IMG/VR virus record: IMGVR_UViG_3300033463_000105
Span: 3,627-67,626 of that record
Strand: one strand, 5' to 3'
Length of the DNA stretch: 64,000 nt
Source: a virus
Of this stretch, positions 49,693 through 58,328 are shown one piece after another; within the stretch, counting starts at the first letter, position 1; each line of letters starts with the position of its first letter. The notes under the pieces are model-generated. The model was not told the origin of the DNA. It did no database searches and saw only the letters and a list, made by a program, of their open reading frames with translations. The position numbers and the translations under genes are program-made.

Positions 49693-51114
49693 ATGTTTAA
49701 AACAGAGGTATATGCCACTCCGTTTACTTCGGAAGCCGCAAATGATATGTTTCAGCGGATTTCCAGCGGAGTTATTGGCAATGATGTGTCGTTGATATCG
49801 ACACTTAGGGCCTTAGTTGGTCCAAGAATGGGCGAGAATGATACGCTCATGGTTCGGTCGTACTCAAGGGTGCGTGATTTTGCATCACTGCTGAGTGATG
49901 TGCTGATGTATCGTGACCAGTTTGTCATCTTCAACTTCTGTTCGAGGTATTACAGCTCGGAAGATGAGATGATGGATTACATCCATCGTTGTGAGAAGAT
50001 GCTGGCGGACATGAAAGACCCGGTTTCGTGGACAAAGATTGAAAAGGTCACGGTGTTCTTCAACAAGCAGTTCTATGCGAGTTGTTTTGTGTGTCCGAAT
50101 GAGAAAGTAAGTGTCCTGCTCATCAAAGATATGGATGTCAAGGAGTTGCATTATCTCCAGTGTGGTATAATGGCATACTTCCCGTGGTATTTCAGCAAGG
50201 AAGTCGGCATCACAGAACTCGAAAAGAAATTGCTCGAGTCGCTGAGAGAAAAGACGGCAGACAACTACATGAAAACGCTGGAAAAAATGGCGGAACTGTA
50301 CGATTTCCGCAAGTACAAGATAGAAAAGTATCTGAGCGGGTTTGAAACGAACATTGAGGCGATAGAACTCCGCAAGTGTGAGGAAAAGTACAGTGAAATC
50401 ATGGAGTATCTCAATGATTTGAACAACAGAATCTCACAGAATCTTCGCGAGAAGCGTTCGCTTGATGCAAGGATAGCTGGTTTGCACGAAGCAATTGCAA
50501 AGAACGGCGGCAGGAACGACTTCATGGAGTTCTTCCTGAGAACAAAGTGTCTGGTCGTTGAGGGTGTAAGCGGAGATACCATTACATATGGCGTCAAAGC
50601 TTGTCTCGATGTCCCTGACAAGGATTTGGCGGCAAGCGTAATCAACAACAGAGATAGTGTTATCTATACGGGTCGCTACTTCTCCGCTGATGATATGAGG
50701 AATCTGTTCAATGCAATCTGCATTGACGAAAAGGTAAAGCTGAGGCTTTGTGCAATGTATCAGATTCGTCTCGGCGGAAACATCGGTGCAATAGCTCGTG
50801 CGACATACAGTCACGAGTATGACGGGTACACGCCGAATCCTCACATCCAGCAGCACCGATGCATGGGTGCGTATCTGAGTATCATCAATCAGATTATCGC
50901 TGAGACGGGGGATTATGTGCAGGCTGTTGCTCAGTCAATCGAGTCTTGCCGGTCTCTGAATCTGAATGAGTGGGCGTCGATGAGTCCGTTCATCAACCAT
51001 ATCAACAACGAGCCGGACACCAAGTGCATCGAGCTTCCGGATGGAAGTGTGGTTTCGTTCAAACAGGCAATCAAATATCTGAGAGGAGTGTATGCAAATG
51101 GCGAAGATAATTAA
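49693..51114 (+). CDS. Putative E2-like (ubiquitin-conjugating fold) protein with coiled coil
   Basis: C-terminal PNPHI....CMG motif typical of prokaryotic E2 families; operon context. Confidence 0.55.
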   Translation: MFKTEVYATPFTSEAANDMFQRISSGVIGNDVSLISTLRALVGPRMGENDTLMVRSYSRVRDFASLLSDVLMYRDQFVIFNFCSRYYSSEDEMMDYIHRCEKMLADMKDPVSWTKIEKVTVFFNKQFYASCFVCPNEKVSVLLIKDMDVKELHYLQCGIMAYFPWYFSKEVGITELEKKLLESLREKTADNYMKTLEKMAELYDFRKYKIEKYLSGFETNIEAIELRKCEEKYSEIMEYLNDLNNRISQNLREKRSLDARIAGLHEAIAKNGGRNDFMEFFLRTKCLVVEGVSGDTITYGVKACLDVPDKDLAASVINNRDSVIYTGRYFSADDMRNLFNAICIDEKVKLRLCAMYQIRLGGNIGAIARATYSHEYDGYTPNPHIQQHRCMGAYLSIINQIIAETGDYVQAVAQSIESCRSLNLNEWASMSPFINHINNEPDTKCIELPDGSVVSFKQAIKYLRGVYANGEDN

Positions 51115-51994
51115 GCTCACGCCTGATGAAATCGAGCAGGCAAGAAAAGAGTTTGAGGAATCTCTCGCGAGCCTCAAGCTGTCAGATGGAAAGATAAGTT
51201 TCACCAAGTCGTTTTCTTCTATCCAGAGGAAAGCGACTATTTATTTTACGGAGCTTGCGTGGCTGAAGATGCAGACTCTCGTAAGGGAGTTTGATAAAGA
51301 GGTCGCGTGGCACGGTGTTGCAACGAGGGGCGAAGACCCCGAGAAAGATGAGTATTTCATCACGGACATTCTGGTTTATCCGCAGAATGTTACGGGTGCA
51401 ACTGTCACGACCGTTCAGGAAGAGTACGAGGAATGGCTGAACAGTCTGGAAGACGATGTGTTCAACAATCTAAGAATGCAGGGGCACTCCCATGTGAATA
51501 TGGGAACGACGCCGTCTGGCGTAGACAACACGCTGTACGAAAGCATTCTCGGGCAGTTGAAGTCGTCTATGTTCTACATCTTTATGATTTGGAATAAGCG
51601 TGGAGAGAAGACGGTCAAGCTGTACGATATGGCAAAGAATGTGCTGTTCGAGACGGCGGATTGTTCCATTGAGATTCTCGATGATGGAACTGGGACTGAG
51701 GCGTTCCTGAAAGATGCAAAGACAAAAGTGAGGACGACTACTGTTACTCCGGTAACATATGCCGTTCAGACAAAGACTCCGGAAAAGCCGGCGGCTGTCG
51801 CTCCGGTAAAAACAAAGGAAGCAAATAAGCCAAGAATGGGGAAGCGTGTAAAGAAAGAGGAAAAGAAAGACGATAACAAAGACGTCAAGATGGCAAGCGG
51901 ATATGGATACGGTCATTACTACGAGGACGGATACTACAACGACGAATATGACCCGAGAGATCCGTTTAGTTGGTACGACGGACGCTGGTATTGA
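51092..51994 (+). CDS. JAB/MPN metallopeptidase
   Basis: EVAW...GHSHVNMGTTPSGVD (HxH-x7-S-x2-D). Confidence 0.85.
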   Translation: MQMAKIIKLTPDEIEQARKEFEESLASLKLSDGKISFTKSFSSIQRKATIYFTELAWLKMQTLVREFDKEVAWHGVATRGEDPEKDEYFITDILVYPQNVTGATVTTVQEEYEEWLNSLEDDVFNNLRMQGHSHVNMGTTPSGVDNTLYESILGQLKSSMFYIFMIWNKRGEKTVKLYDMAKNVLFETADCSIEILDDGTGTEAFLKDAKTKVRTTTVTPVTYAVQTKTPEKPAAVAPVKTKEANKPRMGKRVKKEEKKDDNKDVKMASGYGYGHYYEDGYYNDEYDPRDPFSWYDGRWY

Positions 51995-52008
51995 AAGGAG
52001 GATGAACG

Positions 52009-52554
52009 ATGGACTACGAAAACATGACGCTAGAGCAGTTCGATGAAGAAATCTGTGATTTCGGAGACTTGAAAGACTGGTGCTATGAACACGAATGTGA
52101 CATCTGCGAGGACATCTACAGCGAAGATGACATGAACTACCAGATTAACGAATCTCTGGTTGACTGGGCGCGTGAGTATGAGTGGCAGGAACTGTATCGG
52201 ATTCTGGACAACATCCCGTCCGGTGAAAACTGGTATCGCTGGAGTGACTACGGAGAATGGGTATATGCGGAGGGCGATTTCGATGAGTATAAAGAAGACG
52301 TCCGCCGGTGGGGTATTCGGAACGGCGAGTTCAACGAAAACTCGTTTGACGACGAGGACGAAGAGGAAGAGGTAGACCCGTATATCCTCGAGCCGACAGA
52401 GAAAGAGGACGTGGCGTTGGATGATATGTTCTCCAGCGACGAAATCCCAATGGTCGAGGTCAAAGAAGATGACCGTGAGTCTGAAGAAGAGCAGGAAGAG
52501 TTCTATGACGTCTTCGTTCCCGAGGATTCTGAGGACTTGGATTGGCTCGCATAA
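52009..52554 (+). CDS. Highly acidic protein
   Basis: Very D/E-rich, 181 aa, lies between JAB and E1. Confidence 0.7.
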   Translation: MDYENMTLEQFDEEICDFGDLKDWCYEHECDICEDIYSEDDMNYQINESLVDWAREYEWQELYRILDNIPSGENWYRWSDYGEWVYAEGDFDEYKEDVRRWGIRNGEFNENSFDDEDEEEEVDPYILEPTEKEDVALDDMFSSDEIPMVEVKEDDRESEEEQEEFYDVFVPEDSEDLDWLA

Positions 52555-52572
52555 ATGAATGGAGGTTAAACA

Positions 52573-53244
52573 ATGAATCTGACAAAATCATACGACTTTT
52601 TTCAGCCTGAAAAGGTAGACGGGAGAGTCCACATCATCGGTTGTGGCTCCGTCGGCTCCACTCTCGCAGAGAATCTTGCCCGTTGCGGCATCACGAAGAT
52701 GACTCTGTGGGATTTTGACACGGTTTCTGCCCACAACATCCACAATCAGATGTTCTTTGAGCAGGATATCGGCAAGCCAAAGGTGTATGCACTGCGGGAT
52801 AATCTGATGATGATTAATCCTGACATCGAGAAAGACCTCGTTCTGAAGCCGGATGGATGGAACGGCGAAAAGCTGAGCGGGTATATCTTCCTCGCAATGG
52901 ACTCCATCGAGATTCGCAAACAGATTTGCGAGACAAACATGAATAATATGAATATTCATGCAGTGTTCGACTTCCGCACGGAACTCACGGGTGCACAGCA
53001 CTATGCTGCGGATTGGATGGATTATAAGCAGAAGCAGAATCTGATGTCCACCATGGATTTCACGCACGAAGAAGCGGTTGCGGAAGCTCCGACCTCCGCC
53101 TGCGGAGTAACCCTGGGAGTGGTCACGACTGTGCGGCTGATTTGTGCCATCGGCGTGAACAATTTCATCAGGTTCATCAAGGGAGAGAAGCCGTGGAAGT
53201 TCTGTCAGGTCGATGGGTTCCGTGGATTCTGGGATTGTTTCTAA
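52573..53244 (+). CDS. ThiF/E1-like adenylyltransferase
   Basis: IIGCGSVGS, DFDTV..HN..NQ, IGKPKV and TSACG (candidate catalytic Cys). Confidence 0.9.
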   Translation: MNLTKSYDFFQPEKVDGRVHIIGCGSVGSTLAENLARCGITKMTLWDFDTVSAHNIHNQMFFEQDIGKPKVYALRDNLMMINPDIEKDLVLKPDGWNGEKLSGYIFLAMDSIEIRKQICETNMNNMNIHAVFDFRTELTGAQHYAADWMDYKQKQNLMSTMDFTHEEAVAEAPTSACGVTLGVVTTVRLICAIGVNNFIRFIKGEKPWKFCQVDGFRGFWDCF

Positions 53245-53266
53245 TGAAAGGAGTTGTGCAAGAAGT

Positions 53267-53548
53267 ATGAGCGAAGTTTGTGAGGAAGTGTACTGTCGCG
53301 GATGTGATGAAATCTCCACGCTTGACTATGGAGAACACCGAGATACTTGTCCAAGATGCGGAAGCTACAACATTGCAATCATGCGGTTTGTTGAGTGTGA
53401 CTGCGGTGATATCGTATATCTTGATGGGTTCACCAACGAGTGCTACAAATGCGGAGCATTATACAACGGTTTCGGACAGCAGCTGGCTCCGCCGGAAGAA
53501 TGGGATGAGGAAGACAGGTATGTCTGCTTCGGTCCGCAAAACTACTAA
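53267..53548 (+). CDS. Small Cys-rich Zn-ribbon protein
   Basis: CxxC/CxC pairs and YNGFGQQLAPPEEW; RBS GAAAGGAG. Confidence 0.7.
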   Translation: MSEVCEEVYCRGCDEISTLDYGEHRDTCPRCGSYNIAIMRFVECDCGDIVYLDGFTNECYKCGALYNGFGQQLAPPEEWDEEDRYVCFGPQNY

Positions 53549-53555
53549 ACAATAA

Positions 53556-53774
53556 TTGCTTACAATGCATACTGTTTAACAGGCTTCTGCCGATGGCGGA
53601 ATGTAACACATTGTTCGAGAAGAGGGGTGCCCGGGCGTGCCAAATTGTAGCAAGTTTAAACGCGTCAGGGTCCGAAGCCCGTTGCAATGCAACAGCCTCA
53701 ACTCGAATAAAATACTATAAACTCCAGAATGGACTGCGGCTTACCGTCGGGCATTCTACTTAGATTGTAAGCAA
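53556..53774 (+). ncRNA. Retron-like msr-msd unit 1
   Basis: Arms TTGCTTACAAT (53556-66) / ATTGTAAGCAA (53764-74); G53567; two hairpins; GTAACA. Confidence 0.8.
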
Positions 53775-53775
53775 A

Positions 53776-54002
53776 TCAGGTAATGCATAACTATGGCGAC
53801 ATAGTGCTCCTCGCGTTACGCAGGATGTAACAACTTGAAAGAAGAAGATGGGGGACGCTGGAAATGACGCCGCGGCAGCTGGTGCGGGCTTACAACTAGC
53901 CCATTGTTGTGCCACAACAGCTTCCGACAAATTTCCAAGCGTAATTGATCGCCGGCTGATCATGGCGCAGCCTTCCTTCGAGCTTCTCTTTTGATTACCT
54001 GA
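53776..54002 (+). ncRNA. Retron-like msr-msd unit 2
   Basis: Arms TCAGGTAAT (53776-84) / ATTACCTGA (53994-54002); G53785; hairpins ACTATG/CATAGT and TCCTcGCG/CGCAGGA; GTAACA. Confidence 0.8.
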
Positions 54003-54031
54003 AAAATAAAAAGGATTTATGGGGGTGTAAA

Positions 54032-54187
54032 ATGCTTATTCACAATGTAGGAGAGATGAAGAAATTTCTGGAAGACATTCCAGACGATGTGGAGATTGGT
54101 ATTCCGCTTGCATATTGCGATTGCTGTGTGAATGCGAGTTTCTATTACGATGAAGAGGACGGCAGTATTTCAATCATTGAAGAATAA
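54032..54187 (+). CDS. Small acidic 51-aa protein inside the ncRNA array
   Basis: Read manually: MLIHNVGEMKKFLEDIPDDVEIGIPLAYCDCCVNASFYYDEEDGSISIIEE. Confidence 0.6.
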   Translation: MLIHNVGEMKKFLEDIPDDVEIGIPLAYCDCCVNASFYYDEEDGSISIIEE

Positions 54188-54199
54188 ATAACATAAAAA

Positions 54200-54473
54200 T
54201 CTGCGATGCATTTATCTGTTTCAGATAGCTTCTGCCGACGGCGGAAGTAACACTTTGCTCCGAAAGAGGGAGACGGGCGGACGACTGGGAACCACGAGGT
54301 TCTCGGGCGCATAAGGCTCTGATGGGACTGTGTGCAGGCTGTAAGCCAAGGTCAACACCCAATAAGACACCTGTAACAGAAGTCCCACCACCTGAATTCA
54401 CCTGGATTTTACATTTATCCACAGCTCGCCACCTCCGAGTCCCTCGGATGGAAAATATACACTAGATCGCAGA
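54200..54473 (+). ncRNA. Retron-like msr-msd unit 3
   Basis: Arms TCTGCGAT (54200-07) / ATCGCAGA (54466-73); G54208; TATCTG/CAGATA and CTTCTGCC/GGCGGAAG; GTAACA. Confidence 0.8.
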
Positions 54474-54493
54474 ACAAAAGAATGGAGGTAATT

Positions 54494-55894
54494 ATGGTCT
54501 ATATCACGGTAAAACAGTCTCCGGTATACAAGCAGATGTCGTTTGAAGAGTTTCTGTTTGGAGACATCAAAGAGGGTTCGCTGATTGTGAATAATATCAC
54601 GAACACGCGGACTTATGAACAGGAGTTTCTGAGCGGCAGATTCAGTAACAAACTGTTCAAAATGTACGGGACGACCCCGTACGAAATGATTAAGAAACTA
54701 CATGATTTCAATGACTCCACGGCGGCTCTCCGTGCGGTTCCTCGTAAGGAATTGTACAGAGAGTTTTATATTCCGAAAAGAAGCGGCGGTCTGAGGAAGA
54801 TTGACGCTCCAAACGATGACCTGAAGCAGGCTCTTCGCAGGCTCAAGAAGATTTTCGAGGAAGATTTTCACTGCCTGTATTACACCACGGCTTTCGCATA
54901 TGTGAAAGGCAGAAGCACGGTGGACGCGGTTAAGCGTCATCAGGCGAATGAGAGCAAATGGTTTGCCAAGTTTGACCTGTCGAACTTCTTTGGAAGCACC
55001 ACGCTGGACTTTGTGATGAGGATGTTCTCAATGATATTCCCGTTCAGCGAAATCATTAACTATGGCGGAAAGAGGGAACTCGAAACTGCTTTGGAACTTG
55101 CGTTCCTTGACGGCGGTCTTCCGCAGGGTACGCCGATTTCTCCAACTATCACGAACATCATGATGATTCCGATTGATTACACCATCAACAAGCAGCTCAG
55201 GGGTGACAACATCGGGATGCCGTACATCAAGGTGGCAAAAGAGGAGTGGGTTTCTGGCAAGGCGTATAACCAAGGCGATATTGTGTGTCACGAGGGTAAG
55301 TCTTGGATAAGCGAGATTATCGGCAACACATATGAGCCTGGAGTTCCGGATGAATTCTTCGGAATGCAGTACTGGAAAGAGAAAAAGCAGTCGTTTGTGT
55401 ACACAAGATACGCAGACGACTTTTTGATTTCCAGTAAGTATGACTTCAGGGTCTTCGAGATGATGGGGTATATCTGCAGGGTTCTTGCGAAATTTGAAGC
55501 CCCGTTCACCATCAAACCATCCAAGACCAGGTATGGTTCGTCCGCAGGTTCTAACTGGAACCTAGGCGTAATGCTGAATAAGGACAACAAAATCACGGTG
55601 GGGCATAAGAAAAAGCGTCAGCTCCAGTCGATGCTTCACTCGTTCATCATGGACACGAAGAATGGGAAGCAGTGGGAACTGAACGACATTCAGGTAATGG
55701 CGGGGTATCACAGCTATTACAGAATGGTTGAGGCTGACGCAATCGACGGAATCATTAAGCACATCAACGAGAAGCATGGAGTCGATGTGCTGAAGATGAT
55801 AAAGGAACAGTTAAACGCAAATCACGGAGTGATTCAGTCTGAACACTATGAGCCTATTGACATAGAGGAAGACGAAGAACTGCCGTGGCATTAA
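54494..55894 (+). CDS. Retron-like reverse transcriptase with inserted CBM5/12-like domain
   Basis: IPKRSGGLRKIDAP, DAVKRH (region X-like), KFDLSNFF, LPQGTPISP, YTRYADD, NLGV. Start placed after GGAGG at 54494. Confidence 0.9.
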   Translation: MVYITVKQSPVYKQMSFEEFLFGDIKEGSLIVNNITNTRTYEQEFLSGRFSNKLFKMYGTTPYEMIKKLHDFNDSTAALRAVPRKELYREFYIPKRSGGLRKIDAPNDDLKQALRRLKKIFEEDFHCLYYTTAFAYVKGRSTVDAVKRHQANESKWFAKFDLSNFFGSTTLDFVMRMFSMIFPFSEIINYGGKRELETALELAFLDGGLPQGTPISPTITNIMMIPIDYTINKQLRGDNIGMPYIKVAKEEWVSGKAYNQGDIVCHEGKSWISEIIGNTYEPGVPDEFFGMQYWKEKKQSFVYTRYADDFLISSKYDFRVFEMMGYICRVLAKFEAPFTIKPSKTRYGSSAGSNWNLGVMLNKDNKITVGHKKKRQLQSMLHSFIMDTKNGKQWELNDIQVMAGYHSYYRMVEADAIDGIIKHINEKHGVDVLKMIKEQLNANHGVIQSEHYEPIDIEEDEELPWH

Positions 55895-55909
55895 GGAGTA
55901 GGTAGGCAG

Positions 55910-56228
55910 GGCGTTGTACAATGCATTGTTTTTTGAGTAATCAAAACGCTTCCCGCTAAGAGCGGAAGTAACAGTTTGACCGAGAGGAAGGAGACCCGGA
56001 AGGAGGACATGCACGGCCGGAGCGGCTTCGCTGTCAGAGATGCGCCAGTTCCAAGAACCGCAATCAAGCCGTTTGGACAGAAAGAACATCAGTAAAATCC
56101 TCATTAAGTCCGAACAAAGTCTTGACAAGGCGGTGGCAGCCGTGTAACCAGTCGCCGTAAGGAGGTCAAAGCAGCGTCTCCGGTGGCCTTCAGGATCCAA
56201 AAAGGTCTTATGTAGATTGTAGAGCGCC
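55910..56228 (+). ncRNA. Retron-like msr-msd unit 4
   Basis: Arms GGCGTTGTACAAT (55910-22) / ATTGTAGAGCGCC (56216-28); G55923; TTTTGA/TCAAAA and CTTCCcGCT/AGCGGAAG; GTAACA. Confidence 0.75.
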
Positions 56229-56380
56229 TACATCCTGAAGAATCGGAAAGGAGTCGAGTACAATGAAACATTGGTACTCAAAAGCACCGCCCTAACGCGG
56301 TGCTTGAAATTTGAAGAAGATTGTAAGCGGCAACCCCATGCCTAAAAAGGGTTATTACGGATAAAGGTATTTTCCCCAGC

Positions 56381-56589
56381 GACTTGCATGTAATTGGTTT
56401 TTACAGGAGGAACCGCTCATAGCCGAGTGCGTGAGTAACACAGCGACTATGTCTCTCTTGCAGATCGGGAAATTATCCAGATCCAGCTACGCCGGAATTG
56501 GATAATTTCACCTCACGGCAAGTTCACAGAGGCATTATATCAAAAAGCCACAACACTAGTCTTAGCTTTTTGATAAATGGATGCAAGTC
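56381..56589 (+). ncRNA. Retron-like msr-msd unit 5
   Basis: Arms GACTTGCAT (56381-89) / ATGCAAGTC (56581-89); G56390; two hairpins; GTAACA; two long downstream hairpins. Confidence 0.75.
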
Positions 56590-56615
56590 CAAACTAAAAC
56601 GAAGGAGGATTTCAA

Positions 56616-56774
56616 ATGACAGAAAGACAGAAAGAAATTTGGGACACGTTATGCGAATTGGATAGCGAAAGAGTTCTTGTATTGTTGACAGACTGGTACG
56701 GTTTGCAGCTTTTCGATGACGAGTTCTTCGATTTTCTTATTGATGAGGGGGTTCTTGATGAACAGGAAGTGTAG
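56616..56774 (+). CDS. Small acidic protein (52 aa)
   Basis: Read manually: MTERQKEIWDTLCELD...; RBS AAGGAGG. Confidence 0.6.
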   Translation: MTERQKEIWDTLCELDSERVLVLLTDWYGLQLFDDEFFDFLIDEGVLDEQEV

Positions 56775-57147
56775 CTTTGACAAGCTGTATGAAAGCGATG
56801 TCCTAAAGAGACCGATGACCCCGAGCAAATGGGTGACAAAAGATGTGTACTACCAGCCTATCACAAGAATCAAGATGAGTTGTGGTGGTGGCATCGGTGG
56901 AAGCACATGGTACGAGTACGTGGATAGAATTCCTCTGGAAGCACTTGCTGCTGTTGGAACCGGCGGGATGGTTTTCCATACATTTGATGGTAAAGATGTA
57001 CTTTTAAACATGGATTATATCGTGAAAGCAGAGCAATTCACTGTGGCATGCGCCGTGCTAAATAGCGAGAACCCAAATTTTCCAAAAGGATACTGGATGT
57101 TCTGCTACCTCGTTGAGGATGGGCACAAGATAACGCTGATAGATTGA
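56758..57147 (+). CDS. Hypothetical protein
   Basis: Start reassigned to MNRKC. Confidence 0.55.
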   Translation: MNRKCSFDKLYESDVLKRPMTPSKWVTKDVYYQPITRIKMSCGGGIGGSTWYEYVDRIPLEALAAVGTGGMVFHTFDGKDVLLNMDYIVKAEQFTVACAVLNSENPNFPKGYWMFCYLVEDGHKITLID

Positions 57148-57159
57148 GAGGAGAATACA

Positions 57160-57378
57160 ATGGAAGATAAATATTTCGGCATAGTAAGATGGTGTGATGA
57201 TGACATTGCAGCTCTACTATTCGCCAAAGGGATTGACGAGACTGAAGACAATATCTGTGCAGTTCGCGTAGCCTGCGAGAACAACCATCACTTCACAGAC
57301 GCGATGATTGAGGCTGGATGGGAGACTCTTGAGTATATGGTAGATGAGGTTTTTGACGAGGACGGGAATATAAGATGA
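57160..57378 (+). CDS. Hypothetical protein
   Basis: RBS GAGGAG. Confidence 0.65.
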   Translation: MEDKYFGIVRWCDDDIAALLFAKGIDETEDNICAVRVACENNHHFTDAMIEAGWETLEYMVDEVFDEDGNIR

Positions 57379-57662
57379 GTGATACTTTTGATTTGATTAT
57401 TCCGTTGCCGTCTGGCAACAATCTGGTAGTCTCTCAGAATAGAGACCAAGAATACGAAAATGAAATCTTCATTGGATTGGTAGATAATCGTGGCTGTTGG
57501 TTTCAAGATTTGGCGGTCGTCAGGAATGCTTATGACATTGACGAGAACTGGCGGGTTGTGTGGAAAAAAGGACAGATGGAAGTGCTGGTTTATGGCGACG
57601 AGTTTGATGAGGATTATACGCACAAATTCTATATAAATGAAAGAGAAGACGAGGAGCTGTAA
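57375..57662 (+). CDS. Hypothetical protein
   Basis: Coupled ORF. Confidence 0.65.
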   Translation: MSDTFDLIIPLPSGNNLVVSQNRDQEYENEIFIGLVDNRGCWFQDLAVVRNAYDIDENWRVVWKKGQMEVLVYGDEFDEDYTHKFYINEREDEEL

Positions 57663-57685
57663 TTGCCGTATGAGGAGGAGAGCCA

Positions 57686-58048
57686 ATGACTGACAGACAG
57701 ATACGTAAGGCAAGGGAATCTTTGCCGTCAATATGCAGGATTCCGTATAATGAATGGACTGACGAACAAAAGCAGTTGGACAAGGAGCTTTCTTGCCGTG
57801 AAATGATGAACTCGTGTCTCGCTTACGGAGGGATGAAGGAGTTTTGGCGTCGACATGATAGTCTGTTTACTCCAGGTGAAGTCAACTGCGGGTATGCTGA
57901 CAGCCACGTTGAGAAGCTTGGTCTCAAGAGAGTAAGGGAATTAGAGCGCGAACAGGAAGAGGACTTCGCCAAAGCGAAACTGTACAGAAATACGTTCACA
58001 GACAGCGAGGGAGTCACATACAACACTATCGTATGGGGGGATGAATGA
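57686..58048 (+). CDS. Hypothetical protein
   Basis: RBS; C-terminal TDSEGVTYN. Confidence 0.65.
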   Translation: MTDRQIRKARESLPSICRIPYNEWTDEQKQLDKELSCREMMNSCLAYGGMKEFWRRHDSLFTPGEVNCGYADSHVEKLGLKRVRELEREQEEDFAKAKLYRNTFTDSEGVTYNTIVWGDE

Positions 58049-58325
58049 GATGGCGGTGTGCGAAGCATGTAACAGAGAAATGCTTAAGGCAAATGGTTGC
58101 ACATTTAAATATGTGAGGACGTTTTCTGGAAAGTATTACAAACGGATGCTGGTTGGAGAAGAAGGATGGACGAATCCGGGAGAGCGTTGCGGTGATTGTG
58201 GTGCAAAATACGGCAACTATCACCATCCTGGATGCGATGTTGAAAGATGCCCAATATGCGGCGGGCAGGTTATAAGTTGTGATTGCGACATTGATGCGTT
58301 CACAACAACAAAGAGTGGAGGGTGA
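58041..58325 (+). CDS. Cys/His-rich Zn-binding protein
   Basis: CGDCG...HHPGCDVERCPICGGQ..SCDC. Confidence 0.7.
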   Translation: MNEMAVCEACNREMLKANGCTFKYVRTFSGKYYKRMLVGEEGWTNPGERCGDCGAKYGNYHHPGCDVERCPICGGQVISCDCDIDAFTTTKSGG

Positions 58326-58328
58326 CAG

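Noticed and set aside
54494-55894. RT as a diversity-generating retroelement or group II intron
   Set aside because: No TR/VR pair with adenine-specific mismatches, no Avd-like gene and no maturase or intron domain V seen; the motifs and flanking a1/a2-type units fit a retron.
53556-56589. CRISPR array
   Set aside because: Units are 210-320 nt with conserved structure rather than identical short repeats, and there are no cas genes.
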